DNA from: Daphnia carinata | Taxonomy: Eukaryota | Direction of reading: 5' to 3' | Assembly: GCF_022539665.2 (NCBI RefSeq) | Contig: NC_081331.1 | Span: 6,448,001-6,512,000 of the forward strand | Length of the DNA stretch: 64,000 nt | Part shown: positions 1-13,675 of the stretch, piece after piece | How positions within the stretch are numbered: position 1 is the first letter of the stretch | How the letters are laid out: every line of letters begins with the position of its first letter | The notes under the pieces: generated by a model | Told to the model about the DNA's origin: nothing | The model's database searches: none | Seen by the model: only the letters and a program-made list of their open reading frames with translations | Program-made: the position numbers and the translations under genes

Positions 1-27
1 ACACGAAACAAATGAATCGCTAAACAT

Positions 28-49
28 AGAGAGAGAGAGAGAGAGAGAG
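28..49. repeat. (AG)n microsatellite
   Basis: Direct reading: agagagagagagagagagagag. Confidence 0.9.
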
Positions 50-3000
50 GGACACTCCCTGCGCGTGGATTCGACATTTCTGTGTTGCAAGGCAAAGTGA
101 ATTCAAGGTGTAATACACAGGTAAAATGGGCAACAGGTAAAAAAAAAAAAACAAATAGAAGGGGGGAAAACCAAAAAGAAAAACCGTGTTTGTTGAAGAT
201 TGCTAACCCTTAAAAAGAATGCAATCAAGGTTGTCGCTGCCGTTACCGACATGCGTCAAATCCTGTTCCAGTTCTATTAATTACAACCGCACACCTCGGC
301 AACGATCGAATGTCATTAGCAGCACGTGCACACGAAATTTGAATGCGTGTTTCTAAAAATATATCTCGAATCCTTGAAAGCCGATATGGTAATAAACAAT
401 ACCTCAGTCTGGACACACTGAAATCAGTGCGAGTTCGATTGGCCTTGGGTATCGATAACCGGATCAAATTACAATTGCCTGTCATTGCTTCCGCTGTGCG
501 TTGGATTGGAAATGCATTTCAGCAATGCAATGATATCTAGAGATGAACGTTCATTTCGTTCAAACAAATATGAAAAATGAAAGGCAATCGCAAAGATTCA
601 AGAGCCACTCGAGATAAAAAAAAAAAAAAGTGTCATTCATAGAGAGTTGAGCCAATCAATGTGTGTCGGGATTGTAAAAGAGACTCGTGCCGGATAAACG
701 AGCTTGAACGCTCGTTCTCGACCAATCAAAAATGAGACACGCTCGACGACGTAATCGATCGTAAATCAATATTGAAATCAAACAGCTTTTGTCCATAAAC
801 AAATCAATAAAAAAAAAAGAACGGCAAAACAAAATGTGGGTCCCCCATATATACGCCCAACTGTTAAAACTCATCAAGTGCATGGAAATATATATATTTT
901 TTTTAAAGTGGGCGAAATGAATTAAAAATAAAACCTATTTGACCCTGTGCAAATATGGAGGTCAACTATCTTTCCGGAATGTTTGAGGGCATTTTTTTTT
1001 TACAAAGAAAAGGTGGTTTAAACAAAAATGGATTTCTCAGGTGTCTGACCCCGAAGAACCTCTTAACGTTTCAATCGAAATCCTTAAGTTTAAAAAAAAA
1101 AAAGGGGGGGATTTCTCTTGAGATTGGCATTAAAAGAAAATACAAAAAAGGTCAACTGCTAAATCCTTGGACAAGGAAGCATCTAGACCCTGACCTACCT
1201 ATTTAACTACGTACTTGCTATGTTTTTTTAAATTCCCTTTAATGCCCTAAAGCCGTTCGTCAAAGAAATTTACAATCAACCGGACTTTGCGAACGAGGCT
1301 AGACGGTACACATATTTCACCGACTTTCTATTTGGCAAGCGAAAGTTCAGCGGCGGAAGGAGGAGCAAACACGATGGCCGATGGCAACCGTCCATACAGA
1401 ACAAACGCAATCGATATTGGCTGTACACAAGACCCATAATAAAAAAAAAGAACGTAGAAAATAAGCCGAACGTTTCTACCCGTCTTCACAAATTTATTTT
1501 CACCCGAGATTAGCATTCAAATTGAGCACTCACCGATGGTGATATTTTTAAAAATGTAGGATGTACGTGTAAAGAGGCGTTCATATAAAAAAAAATAGAA
1601 AGTTGCAACTTTGGCACGCTGCTATCAAGTCGATTGCGCGCGGAATTTCAAATTCATTCGATTCGGAAGGATGAAAGAAAAATTCCCGAAATTTCGAAGT
1701 CAAGATAATCAAATATTTGGACAACGTGGTCCCGCGAGTCAATAACACGATATCGATTCGTCAATGCTAATCGTAAAAAATTCACGGCCGTTGCGTCAAT
1801 GTAATGATATCGGTTCCGTTGCCACGGCAACCTTCCGTGTTGCTCTCGCACCCCAATTTCCGGAGATATGACATCACGCGAAACACGCACGACGACCGTG
1901 TTTCATAAAAGCAATAAACGCGCGTTTTAATTTCAAACAAAAAACCGGAATAATAATAAAAAAAAAAAAATTCAGGATAACACCCAAGAATTTATGACGT
2001 CATAATCAACGCCAATTTTTTTGTGGAACAAAAACCTGATTTTTCCCTTACATTACTTCAAGAAAAAGCGAAAGCCGTTCGTCTGGTCTTTAAGAAAAAT
2101 CACGACCGGTAAAAAAAAAACAAAAAAAACATGAGCCAACCCGACAGACAGGATCTATTTACTGCCAAACACGTTACGTCTTTTAATTTTTTCAGTTTAG
2201 AAAGTAGCCTCTCGAAGATCCGTTTTCCTTTCTCCAAACGTTCTCTTTCAAAAAGAAAAGAAGCTTCTTTCGATTATTGGCCGTGCGCGTACCTTTCTCT
2301 CGAAACGTGGAACGTGTCAGGTGAATCCCGATAGATGGCACGTTGCCTTAAATGTTAAGTCGTATCCGAAAAAAAAGGGGGAAAGAAAAAATAAAAAACA
2401 ATTCAATAATCGCCTGCGATGACCTATAGCTGCTGGCCGTCCTCGTTGTTATTCCGCATTCCGTCGGGTCAAGGCTCTTCTTTTTTTTTCTTGTGTCGTC
2501 TCACGTTCAAAGCTGATGGACGTACGGTACTCATTCACGTTGTTCTATTACCTTCCTCTTTTTTTTTTTTTTCTCTTTGTTTTGTTTTATTATCCCGTTG
2601 AAAAAGAACTAAAAAAGATGCGTCGTTTCTTCTATCGGATCCCCCCCCCCCTTTTTTTCCAAAACTTTTAGGGTTGTCTTGATACTACTGCCTTTTTACA
2701 GGTGGGCTTCTCTATTTAGTAGGTCGTCAGGTCATCCCGTAGCTCCGAGGGATTTTCATCCGCCCTTCCATCTTTTTTTTTTTTTTTTTTTTTTTTTGGT
2801 GGGGGTCTTAGATTCCTAACGGGAATCCGTCCCGGTCCCTCTCCATCTTCGTCTTTCAACATGGCAGACACCAACGGTATGAAAAAAAAAAATTAAAAGC
2901 CCAAAACTTTGATTTTATCGTTTTTTATGCTGCCGATTTTCTTCTTTAAACTATTCGCCATTAAAAAAAAGAAATAAAAAAAAAAGCCACACCTTGAATT

Positions 3001-6000
3001 GGAACTCGCGCTATGTCGTCTTCCTTCTAGCCGCTTTTTTTTCTGTATGCCCTCTACCAAAAAATAAAAATGTGGAACATGAAAAATGAATTAAGGAGAA
3101 AGAACTTAGCCGAGAAAACTAGGCACAGATGCGTCCATACGTCTCCATTTGGGTTTGGCCCTGTGCGTAGGTTTACGTTGCGGGATTGCCAACTATACGC
3201 GATAAGGCAACAACGGTGCGGTATGTGGTATCACTTCCGTGTGTTACGCCGCCCTCTGATAAAACAAGCCTACATCACAATACTGAGAAACGTCGGCAAA
3301 TGAAAACCCGTTTTTCATTGCTACGTTCTAACGAGAACACACGTAATTAGCACATCGAATGCATTTTTGTTTGTCTTCGCCCGTTTTCAGAATGCTAGTG
3401 CAAAAATCAAAGCCACCTCCCACCCATAAAAAAACTGTGAAGAGTCAGATCGTTCAACAAAATCACGAGGCGTTTTTCTCCGTAAAGCAAGTCAACAAAC
3501 TCTCTCCAGTTTCACCTGTTTCACCCATTTCTTTTATGGGCAGTCACGAACGCCCGCGTGTACGATTCATCATCCCAACACGACACATACGAGGAAAAGG
3601 TTTTGTTTCTTCGAAAAGAGTTCGTAGAGTTCACAAATCTCAAATACAGGGCATAGAGATATCAAATGTTTAAAGAATAAACCTCGTGAAAGACAGACAA
3701 AAAGAAAAGAAAAAGGCGCGTGTTGCCTCAATGCACATGTCAGCTGTAGACAGAATGGCGGCCCCCATCAGTAAGACCCACAAAAAAAAAATGAGGCTTT
3801 CTTTCTCGAAAATAAAACGACATAATTTTTTAAACCACGTTTCTCAGAAAATAATAATACCAAAAGAAAAAAAAAAATAGATTGCCCGAGAAACAGGTGG
3901 TTCTTTTCAGTTTGGCACATTTTTCTTTGGTGGGGGAGGAAAAGAAACGAATGGCTCGAGGGTTTGGGCACGAAAAAAGGAAAAAAAAAATAATTCGTTA
4001 ACTTACCCGACTGTTGTAATAGCGACGAAAAGGGAAATCAACAGCAGGAAACCCCCAAAAAAAAACGTTGCAGAAAACAAGTTGTTCAAAGAAATCAAAA
4101 ATCAAAGGTGTTTAACCGGTCCTTCTTCTTCTTTACTGCTGTGTGTGTGTGTGTCTAGTGGAGAGAACCGGCTCGACGTGACACGACACTGACAATTCTG
4201 CTGGCCAACTGTGGACTCCCTAGTCTGGAGGCTTGTACCATTGGCGGGTACCACCAGAGCGCCCGGTGTGGGTGTGTGGGACTCTCTCCAACGCCATGCA
4301 ACCCGAGGCGGACAAAATGAGCAAAGAACGTTCTCTCTGACGTATCCCCCCACCGCACACACACACACACACACATATCCAGTGTGTTTGTCTACCATTT
4401 TTACCTGTTTATCTGCCGGCTAAATGTATGTGTATACTCTATAATATCATCACGCACAACCGACAACGATACCTTACGATAGATGGTACACGGAAATGGC
4501 AGCCATTTCTGTCTTTCCTCGTTGCAAAAGTTGGAGTATTTTTTCCTCAGGTTTCCTTTTTATTATTTGAGGTTTAAGGGAACGTCATCGTTTCTTTTTT
4601 TAGTTTTTTCTGGGGAGATTTTTCGGAGGTTTCGTGCAAGATTTTTTTTCTCCCCTCCCCATTCCTGTGACGTCTTTCCCCTTCCCCAAAAGAGTCTTTT
4701 CGATCGACGCCATCTAACGTCAACATTGGACAGAGGGACGTCTGTTTAGTCTTTCAAGAAAAAAGTTACAGTTAGTTTCTTTTTCTTTGAATTGAAAAAC
4801 TAAAACAAAATTAAGATAAACAACTTGGTTAAAAACACCTACTGCGTCATTCTTACCCGAACGGCCAATAAAGAAATGAAGACAGGTCTTTCAAGAATGA
4901 CAAACTGCACACGTGTTTTCCCACTCATGACTGTAGTCTCCCTAAAAACTGGAAAGCCGCCATTTGATTTTTTATGTCGTTTTCTTTTTTTGCAATAATA
5001 AAAAAAAGAACCTGGATCTCAGCCCAAGCTATTAAAAAGCAAATCAAACATGCAATTTTTAATAACTTCTGTCATTCATTTCTGAAAAAAAACGGAGTAA
5101 GAAATATAAAATGTCTCAACGATGACTCAATATAATCCTCTGTTATGATTCACTGGGGATCAGAAAAAAAACGACGGACGGCATTTTTTGATCGCCATCT
5201 TGGCCAAACATTGCATCTAGCATTTTTCACCAACCTTCTTTTTTTTATCATGCTAATCAGGTTAGTTAGTCATGACTACGTATGCGACAACAGCAGTTGT
5301 GGCACCGTTGTTGTGTGTTTTCCATCGTTCCGGTTGTTGAAGTCGGTGGGCAGGTTAGATAACATGGGCAGACTTCTACCTCATTATCATCATCCTGGGC
5401 TTATTAGTTGAGCTCTCTCTCTCGCCTTATTTCAACAAAAGTCATTCCCTCCTTTAAAGTTACTTTTATTTCTTATCAGCAAACACACAACATATGCGTT
5501 GAATGGACTTCAAATCTATCTTAAAGCCTTGACAGCATAAGGCTAAATTTACAACACTACCCTCCTGCTTCCCGTCCCAAAAAACAACCACGAGACGAGC
5601 AGACAAACGAATGTTGTTTCCAACGGATTCGTAATTTCATATTAGCTCACAAAGTTATTACCGTGTACATTACACTAAACTAGAAATAACATACACATTT
5701 GGCAACGTTTTTTTTTTCTTTTGCCCCCTGTCGTTGGGCAACAAGTGCGCTTGACCACTGTCTTTTGTTTACCAAATGGCCAAAAAACGCAACAATTGAA
5801 CACGAGAAACTTCTAAAAATAAAGAAAAACTAGGTCCATAATGGCCAACAAAGCGAGAATACACCTAGGTAGAACATATAAAGAAAATGTTTCAGCTGTT
5901 GTCCAGTGAAAATTGAGGTCGCTAACCGAATGGCCAGGCATTATAATATTGGTGGAAACAGCAAGGCAGCAGCAGTTGTTGAGTCCACCAAGAATTTATA

Positions 6001-9000
6001 TGGCCCTGTCATTTATCAGCCAACAGTTGTAAAAAATAAAAAAAAGAACTTTTTCCCCTTCACGAATGTATGCTACAATAAATATGAATAAAAATGCTTG
6101 TACTACTCTAAGCTGATTTCGAAGAGCCACACACATGCTGATTTGGGCGAGAAAACACTACATGTGGCACGTGCTTACGTCGTCTGGTGGCGATCTAACT
6201 GTGACAGAAAACTATCAGAGCATCAAGTTTCTGTGCGGATGTCTAACGTATCGAGTCCATCTAGAAATAAGACGAGGAAAAGAAGGAAGAATTCAACAAT
6301 AACATGAGTCCAAACAAAAAAAAAAAAATGGTTGAATTTGCTGACCAAACGATAGGCACAAAATGTTATACACAGGGACAGCAGCACCACCTGTGCCGGC
6401 GGCTGTTGTTATTTGGCTGACCTCAAAAAAAGTGACATCACACAAAACCAAACGACCGCAAAATAAGCCCTTCGAGTGGATACAAGAAAGGGCCGACCTT
6501 CCGTGAAAAAAAAAAGAAATATATATATATATATAGAGAGAGAGAACACCTTATACCTCCCGCGCTTTATCCCTCACATCGGTTGGCATCGGGAGTAGGG
6601 CAACGATGGTGTGCGTCAAGACCCGCCATTCGAAAGAAAAAAACCTTGAACTTGGCAACTTCCTCATTGTTGTTGAATTTGCTTCGTGCTTTGTCTTTTT
6701 TTCTTGTCGGTTCAGCAGATAATCAAACGAATGCGATTAGAATCGGGTCAGCAAACTGCAACGTGATCTTTTTCATCTTGATTGTCAATCGACATGATAG
6801 TCATAATCGATTATCGATAATCGTAAATTTTCTTATTATTTTCACAACATTTCCGCCATCTTTTTTCCCCTTCTTTTTCCTCATTGTAACCAAATCTCCT
6901 TTGTGTTGAGGACATTTTTGTGGAACACGATACGTGTTCACATATTATTACATTGCCTAGCAAGAAAAGCTTGATGTACCAAAAGAAGAATACAACACAG
7001 TTGAGATCTTCTTTCATTCTTTCTTTAGATTTATAGAGTAGCAGAGAGTACCAGATAAGTCAGATATTGTCTAAACTAAATGGGTTCACGTTTTTCTTTT
7101 TTTTCACGTTTGACGGCGTAGCGTTCCTATTCATTCAGAACTCGATTCACGTAGACGTGCACAGCAGGACAGGCCCCCATGGCACGCTGACCTCTTTTCT
7201 CGTCGGCTTTCCCGTCTCGCATGCAAACATACACAAAAGCGAGAGAGAGAGAGAAATACCACAAGCAAGTCTTGTATTGACCAACATTGGGAAAATATTG
7301 GAAAATGAGTAGGGGGTTCTATCTCAGATTCTTATTGGCGTCTAGTCGCAGCATCAAGAGGAATGAAATGTCCAGTTGGCGTTTCGTTACTGGGCAGGAA
7401 CAAGCTTCGTGTATTCATCGCATATACACACAAACACCCATAAATAGAGGCAGACTAATCAAGAAAGGGCTACGTGTATTAGAAGAAAAACAAAAAAAAA
7501 ACATTAAAACGAACGAAATGGGACGCGTGTGAAAGCAGGAAGCGAAAGGAGCAAATGAATCAATAGTGGAAAAAGGAACGGAAGGCTGTCGCCAACAAGG
7601 GAAGAAGGGCTAGGCAGGATCCTGATGATGTCCAGCGTGAGCCACCGTTGCAAACGTTGGTATCGCAGCAATGGACGGCCAGGAAGCGATCCCGATCGTT
7701 GCTTTCTAATCCATCAGAATATGCAAATCACACAAATAACAGGATCCCGTTATTCATCATTCCATATCTCTCACAACCAGACTAGGCCATATTGAATTCT
7801 TTATATATACCAGGCCATCATCGTTTATTCTATAAACAAATTCGGGGCCAGAGAGGGGGAGGGAGTTGTATTATTAATAACAATGCAAATTTTTCTCCCC
7901 GACTACTGAGGAGGCCTTCCTATTGATACGGTTTGGATTAAAAAAAAAAATGGAACATCGGTGAAATGAAAAGACTGTTATTTTGCATTCGAACGATCGA
8001 GGGAAAAAATGGAGCCAGGAAAAATAAACGAGTGAATAGTCACGAAAACGATGACATACGTATGCAGCTGACTTCTTTCCTTTTTGGCAAAGTGAAAGTG
8101 TGTTATTATGCAGAATAAAGTCCCCTCTTCCTCTTGTGTTACGCAAAAGAATAAGAAGAGACCCTCTTCACCTTGTAATCACATGCAGAAACCCAACCCT
8201 TGTCGTCCCACTTTCGTCTATTTTTCAGTGCCATATGCCGTTGGCAAATAAGCCCATTTCAATGGCTATTGCTGTTTAGCATCCCAAGAGCTGGAATTTT
8301 GTTTTTCTGTTTTGGTAAAATAAAAAGAGGAGGGGATTCCAAGGAAAACTTACTGTCAACGCAGGTTTTTTCGTCGCCGCACTCGCGGTTGATCAGGCCG
8401 GAAGGCAGGTGCAATTTCTAAAGGAAAACAAGAAAGAAGGACGAGAAATAGAAATAGGTAAATAGACAAAAAGAAAAAGAGCACACACAGTATATATACA
8501 TTTTTAAAAACCACGCAAGAAAGAAAACAGGTGGAATTTTCTTTTTTTTATGTTTCAGTTTCATTTTCCCACATGTTATTCGCTAGCTGATGTCGGCCGT
8601 GGTGGCAGATGGCTCCAACCTAAGGAGAAAGAGCTCTTGGAAAAAGCGCAAAAATCAAGAATGATATTTTTTTTTTCTCAAGGAAAAAAGCTGCTGGCAA
8701 TGGCCAAAGCAATAGCCCAAAAAAGAGAAAAATGAAGAGAAAGCTACTCGCGAAAGATTGTAGAGTAGAAAGAAAGCCAATTTCAATACATTTTAAAAGG
8801 AAAATGCCTCAATTCCTCCCAGCCAAAATTAAATATTATAGAACGCAGGGCATTTTAAAATTTCCAGTGGACTTTTGTACAAAAATTGTGTTTTGAATAT
8901 TCAAAAAAAACTTACTAGACATCTGTCGGCTGATGATGGACATGTCACTGCTTGGCTGTCTTCGAATTTGGAACAACCTTTACAGTTGACACATCGCAAA

Positions 9001-10916
9001 GCGGTTGTTGCCGCTGGAAACACTGCCACCATCACGAAGACGACCAACATCCACAATCGGCCATCCATGTCTTTTAATTATTGTTATTACCCTTTCCTTT
9101 TCTTTTTTTTTAAACTAAAACTCAGACGCACACACACACTCTTCTACTTATCTCTTGTCCACTCAACTCCGTAAAAAGATGCTGGAACTATTTAAAAAAA
9201 AAGATCCGTCCGGTCCGTTTTCTTTTTTGCGCTCGTTTAGCGTATCAAATGAAACTGAACCGCTAGTTTAGCCCACGTTAATTACACCGTCAAATCTCAC
9301 GAGAGATCTTTAAGAAAAGGGTGTTTTCTTTAAATTTCAAGAACAACATTAAAAAAACAAAATTAAAACAAAAAGAGTTTCGCCACAAACGGTGTAGACA
9401 GATGGGAGGGGAGGCGGTCCAATAGGAGGGTGGGGGGAGAGCCGGGCGACAACAAGCACATCACAAAGACGCTCGACGTCTGGTAGCTACTTGGATGGTG
9501 ACGCCAGTCGAGACGGAGGAGTACACCGTCATCTTTAGAGTGCGGATCGAGCGCGCGCACTCCAATTCTTGAGATGCCACGAAGGAGCCGAGAAAAGGGG
9601 GAGGGCTATTGGGTCTCTCTCAAAGGGACTCTAAAAACCTCGACGACCATCCGCCGACAAAGATGGCGATGTACAAAAGCACTTGAAACTGTAGGTCGGC
9701 TGAGAGAAAAAAAAAACAGTTGAACAAGGCAAATGTTTTATTTTATTTTATTTCAATTGAATTTCAGTTCAAAGGATATCGCTTACGTTTCACGATCGTA
9801 TCTTCCAAGATTGATTGGAAGAGGCGAATGACAATCAATTGAAGAAGGGTATCCGGTACGATGGGTTTCGACGAATAATTCATATTAATGAGACTGGCGT
9901 CGATAAAAGGGATTCGGTGAGTGGGGAGTTTACAAAGATGTGAGATAACACTCGCATCGATTACCCCTCTGGAGCAAAAACATCAAGTTCCTCACTTTTG
10001 TTTTCTTCCTTTTTAAGCCAATAAAACTAAAAGGCGTGCATCAAGATCTACGTCATTCTACATGAATCACGTATGCTAATCATTAGCGGTAGTTGGTTGC
10101 CACTTCAACTACCATACGAACTGGTTCTTCTCGTTATTATAATTCAACTACTTTCGCTATAAACAGTTAGACCACCTTGGTCTAAAAACGACCACAAAAC
10201 AAGTTTATCTCAAAAAGAAAAAAGAGGATCCGATTTATTTTCACTTTAAACATAACAAAAAGAAAAAAAAAACGATAATTACATAGAATCAGCAACATGT
10301 TAACGTCGAAAAATAAGCATTTTCAGAGACATCAATTGAAACAAAAAGGATCACATGCGAGAAGTATTGAGCCGCCAGTTGAAATGAAATACAATGACGC
10401 GCGTAACGATCGTCAAGTGGGTTATACCAACACTACCATCTTTCATCTTTCCCCTACGGTTCTGCATCATGAAAACACACGAAAAAATCCCCCATCTTCA
10501 CACACAAAAAAAGGCAGCAATGAAAGATCTTCACGCACGCGCGGCCGCAGAGGATGTCATCTTGATAAATAGAGTTGCGATGTTCATGCTCATCGACCCC
10601 CTCCCCACCCACCATCCTGGATTCTCGTTTTGTTAACTTCATGCAAAAGAAAAAAAAACCAAAACCAAAAAAAAAAACGAAGCAAACCGAAATGTCCCCC
10701 TCGAGGACGTGCACAAAGACGAGTGTAAATAAGGATGTCGGAGTTAAATCCATCACATTGTCAGCGAAGGCAGTACACGCATTTCTTGCAAAGTCTTTTC
10801 CAACATTAAACACATACACATTACGTCTTTAAATTATAGTCTCCATATAAACAAAATACGGATCATACTACATTGAATGTCAATTAACGAAAGAAAAATA
10901 GAGAAATGATTCCCTT

Positions 10917-13286
10917 TCACTTTCGGCGAGGTCTGACTGCTTTACTCGATCGTCCATCTTGGCCGTCCGGCTGCGGATGACGGCCAGACGGTATGGGCTG
11001 TTGAGGCGACACGAGCAGATTAGGTGGCGACGGTGGCGCCACCAGACGCTGGTGTCGACGATTGGCATTACGACTAACTGGACTCGAGCTGGACGTGTGC
11101 CGCGGGAAAAAGAACCCGGCACTGGAACGTCGTTCATTGTTGACGCTAAAATCTTCGCTGCATTCAAAACACAAGACGTAAGGAGACGAAGCCGATCGCT
11201 GAGAGATTCGAGACGCTTGCAACGTCATATCGGCAGACACGTGAGACGCCATCAGCGTGGCAGAGCTGGTCATACCTTCCACACCTTCGTCCACGTTCGT
11301 CAACCGATGATAACCATCTCCTCCTTCAAAATCATCCAAATACACCTCGACATCCATCTCAGACCGCAACCGCTCACTCTCGTAATTATCCCAATCCAGC
11401 GAAGCCAAACTGGCATTATCCGTCTGCGTCCTTCTGTTTACCTAAAAATAAACAATATCCTTTTCAATTCTTTGGTTAAAGGGAATTCACCCCTAAAAGA
11501 AATAAGGAAATAAAATTTAGATGAAAGAAAACGGAAACGGAGCAGGAAGGCGTAACGAGTAGGAGGGAAATATGTCTACCACATGGTAATGAGCATGTTA
11601 AAAAAAAAAAAGAAGAGAAAAAATATTTGGAAACGAACCAATCGGCCGCCCGTTCCTGGCAGAATTTCGAACGACGGAAAAGTGCCCTTGAGCGGCAGAG
11701 CGGATCGAGCGATATCGAGCGGCACAACGCATCCAGCGGAAACCACGTTCAGACTGCAACTGCTGTCGGTTTTCGACGTCTGGCAACGTTTCAAATGACC
11801 AGCGTACCAACCACTGACCGAAGACGGACAACTCTGAGTCGCTTCGTCCACCAGCTGGATCGTGGTCGGAATCATGCCAACATGCGTCGCAGACGTCAGG
11901 GCACCCGTGGCCGGCTCAGCGGATGTAAACTCGCCGTCATCCACACTGCGAGGACTCGTACTTTTCTTCGACCATTTGCGATCGTCTAACGCGACCCGAT
12001 CCATTAAAGGATGATTCATCAATTCCGGTTTAGCTTCTTCTTCCTCTCCATCAGCTACACCCTTTTCTTCGGGTTCAACAACCGCAACCGCCTGTTCAAT
12101 GTCGGCCGTCGCAACCACCGACTCGGCATCGTTGTTGAGCTCAGAGACGGGCGTATTGTAGCGCGGATGATACGGATTCGTCGAGCCGTAAGAATGTCCT
12201 TCAGATAATCCGCTTTTGTTGTACTGATTGCGATGGTGAGACTCTTCATCCGAGCCGGAAAACGTGGCAGGTGTGTAATGTCTATTTAAACGTTATCAAT
12301 TGAAAAATACAAAGTGCTAAGCTATTTTGTTTTAATTACTTCATTTAAAAAATAAACTTACTTGTTGATGGCTGCACTTTTCGAGTGGGTCGACATGGCC
12401 AAAATGGAATACGATTCCGAACTGGATGGCGATTGAATTTGAATAGACGGCATCATGGAAACGGGACGTGAACGCCGCAGCGGATAATGATGACAATCAT
12501 CTTCTTCGCGTTGCTGAGCTTCTCGATAATATTGACGTTGAACTTGACGATGATTGCGATGTTTTTGGCGCTGACTCGATTTTTGCAAACGATAATAATG
12601 GCTGCTTTGACGTTGACTAGAACCCGTTGCCGGTGGACGCCAATTAGGTATCGCTTCGTTATTATTCGCCAATGGCGAACTAAAAGCGCAACCAGAAATG
12701 CGTTTCGCCTCCGACAAGCGAACATCAGACATCGACCATCGATTAGATACAGCCGGTTCCGTCGCTCCAGTTTGAACGGCCACGTTTACTGCCCTCCGCT
12801 GTCAACAGCACATGACGAACAACAACAAAGAGAAATATGAAATACGGATGTTAATATCAACCACAAAAAAAAAAAGACGCGCAAGCTATTGATCGTAGTA
12901 AAAAGAAAGAAAAGTACTAACCTCAACATATCGGCACGAATTGCCACATTCGGCAAGTGAGGCCGTTGATGGCGGTGGCAAACATTTACAGAGAAGGGCA
13001 CTGGCCCGCCATCTCCTCTCGTCAAAATAGCAACGGATAGCAAAATAGACGAGTGCGCAAACAGCCATAACTGTCATACAAACGACGACGACGCTTACCA
13101 GCCCCGAAGATGATGTGGAATTAGTGGTGGGGACCACGTTCACGTCTTGCAACGAACTCATTCGTTTCACTTTAATCGCATTTAATAAAATAAAACAAAA
13201 AGATTCAAGTACATGCTATGAAATGTTTGCAACACAAGAAAATATCACTTACCCTCGTCTGGGATGGAAATGGAAGCGTTCAACAT
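10917..13286 (-). CDS. Uncharacterised single-pass membrane protein with long low-complexity tail (about 5 exons; start uncertain)
   Basis: Chain of minus-strand ORFs (12886-13170, 12358-12783, 11576-12118, 10917-11408) bordered by GT-AG signals. Junction GAC GAG G|TG AAA CGA is in frame. Hydrophobic stretch GLVSVVVVCMTVMAVCALVYFAI is followed by RCYFDERR. No domain recognised. Confidence 0.55.
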
Positions 13287-13675
13287 GAAAAACAAAATGG
13301 CGGTACAAAATAATTTGGAAATAGAACAAATGTGTGAATTTGAATAATATAAAACAAAAAAAAAATTCTAATAGAGTTGATACATGGAAAAATATTAAAT
13401 TAAAGTAAATCTGTATTGAAATCCAAAGTGTCTATGAATGACATTAACAAAGTATCCATCCACAGTCGTCGAGAGTTTGAACACAAGTGTGTGACGAATG
13501 ACCATATGCGACCTTTGGTCGACAACGAAAAGGCAGGGTGAGCAAACAAAACAAAAGATGAATTTGTTTTTCTTTACTGAATTTGCATAAATATCAATCG
13601 AGGGTATAGTTTTTGCTTTTGTTTTTTCGAGCCATTCCCCTCGTTTTTGAAGTTGGAGGTAGAACACGTTTAAAG

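Noticed and set aside
4139..4375. (TG)n and (CA)n tracts as a designed hairpin
   Set aside because: Common microsatellites; complementarity is expected by chance.
243..10832. Many 60-120 aa ORFs in the first 10.8 kb
   Set aside because: Dominated by poly-Lys/Phe from homopolymer runs; no domain motifs and no consistent exon chain.
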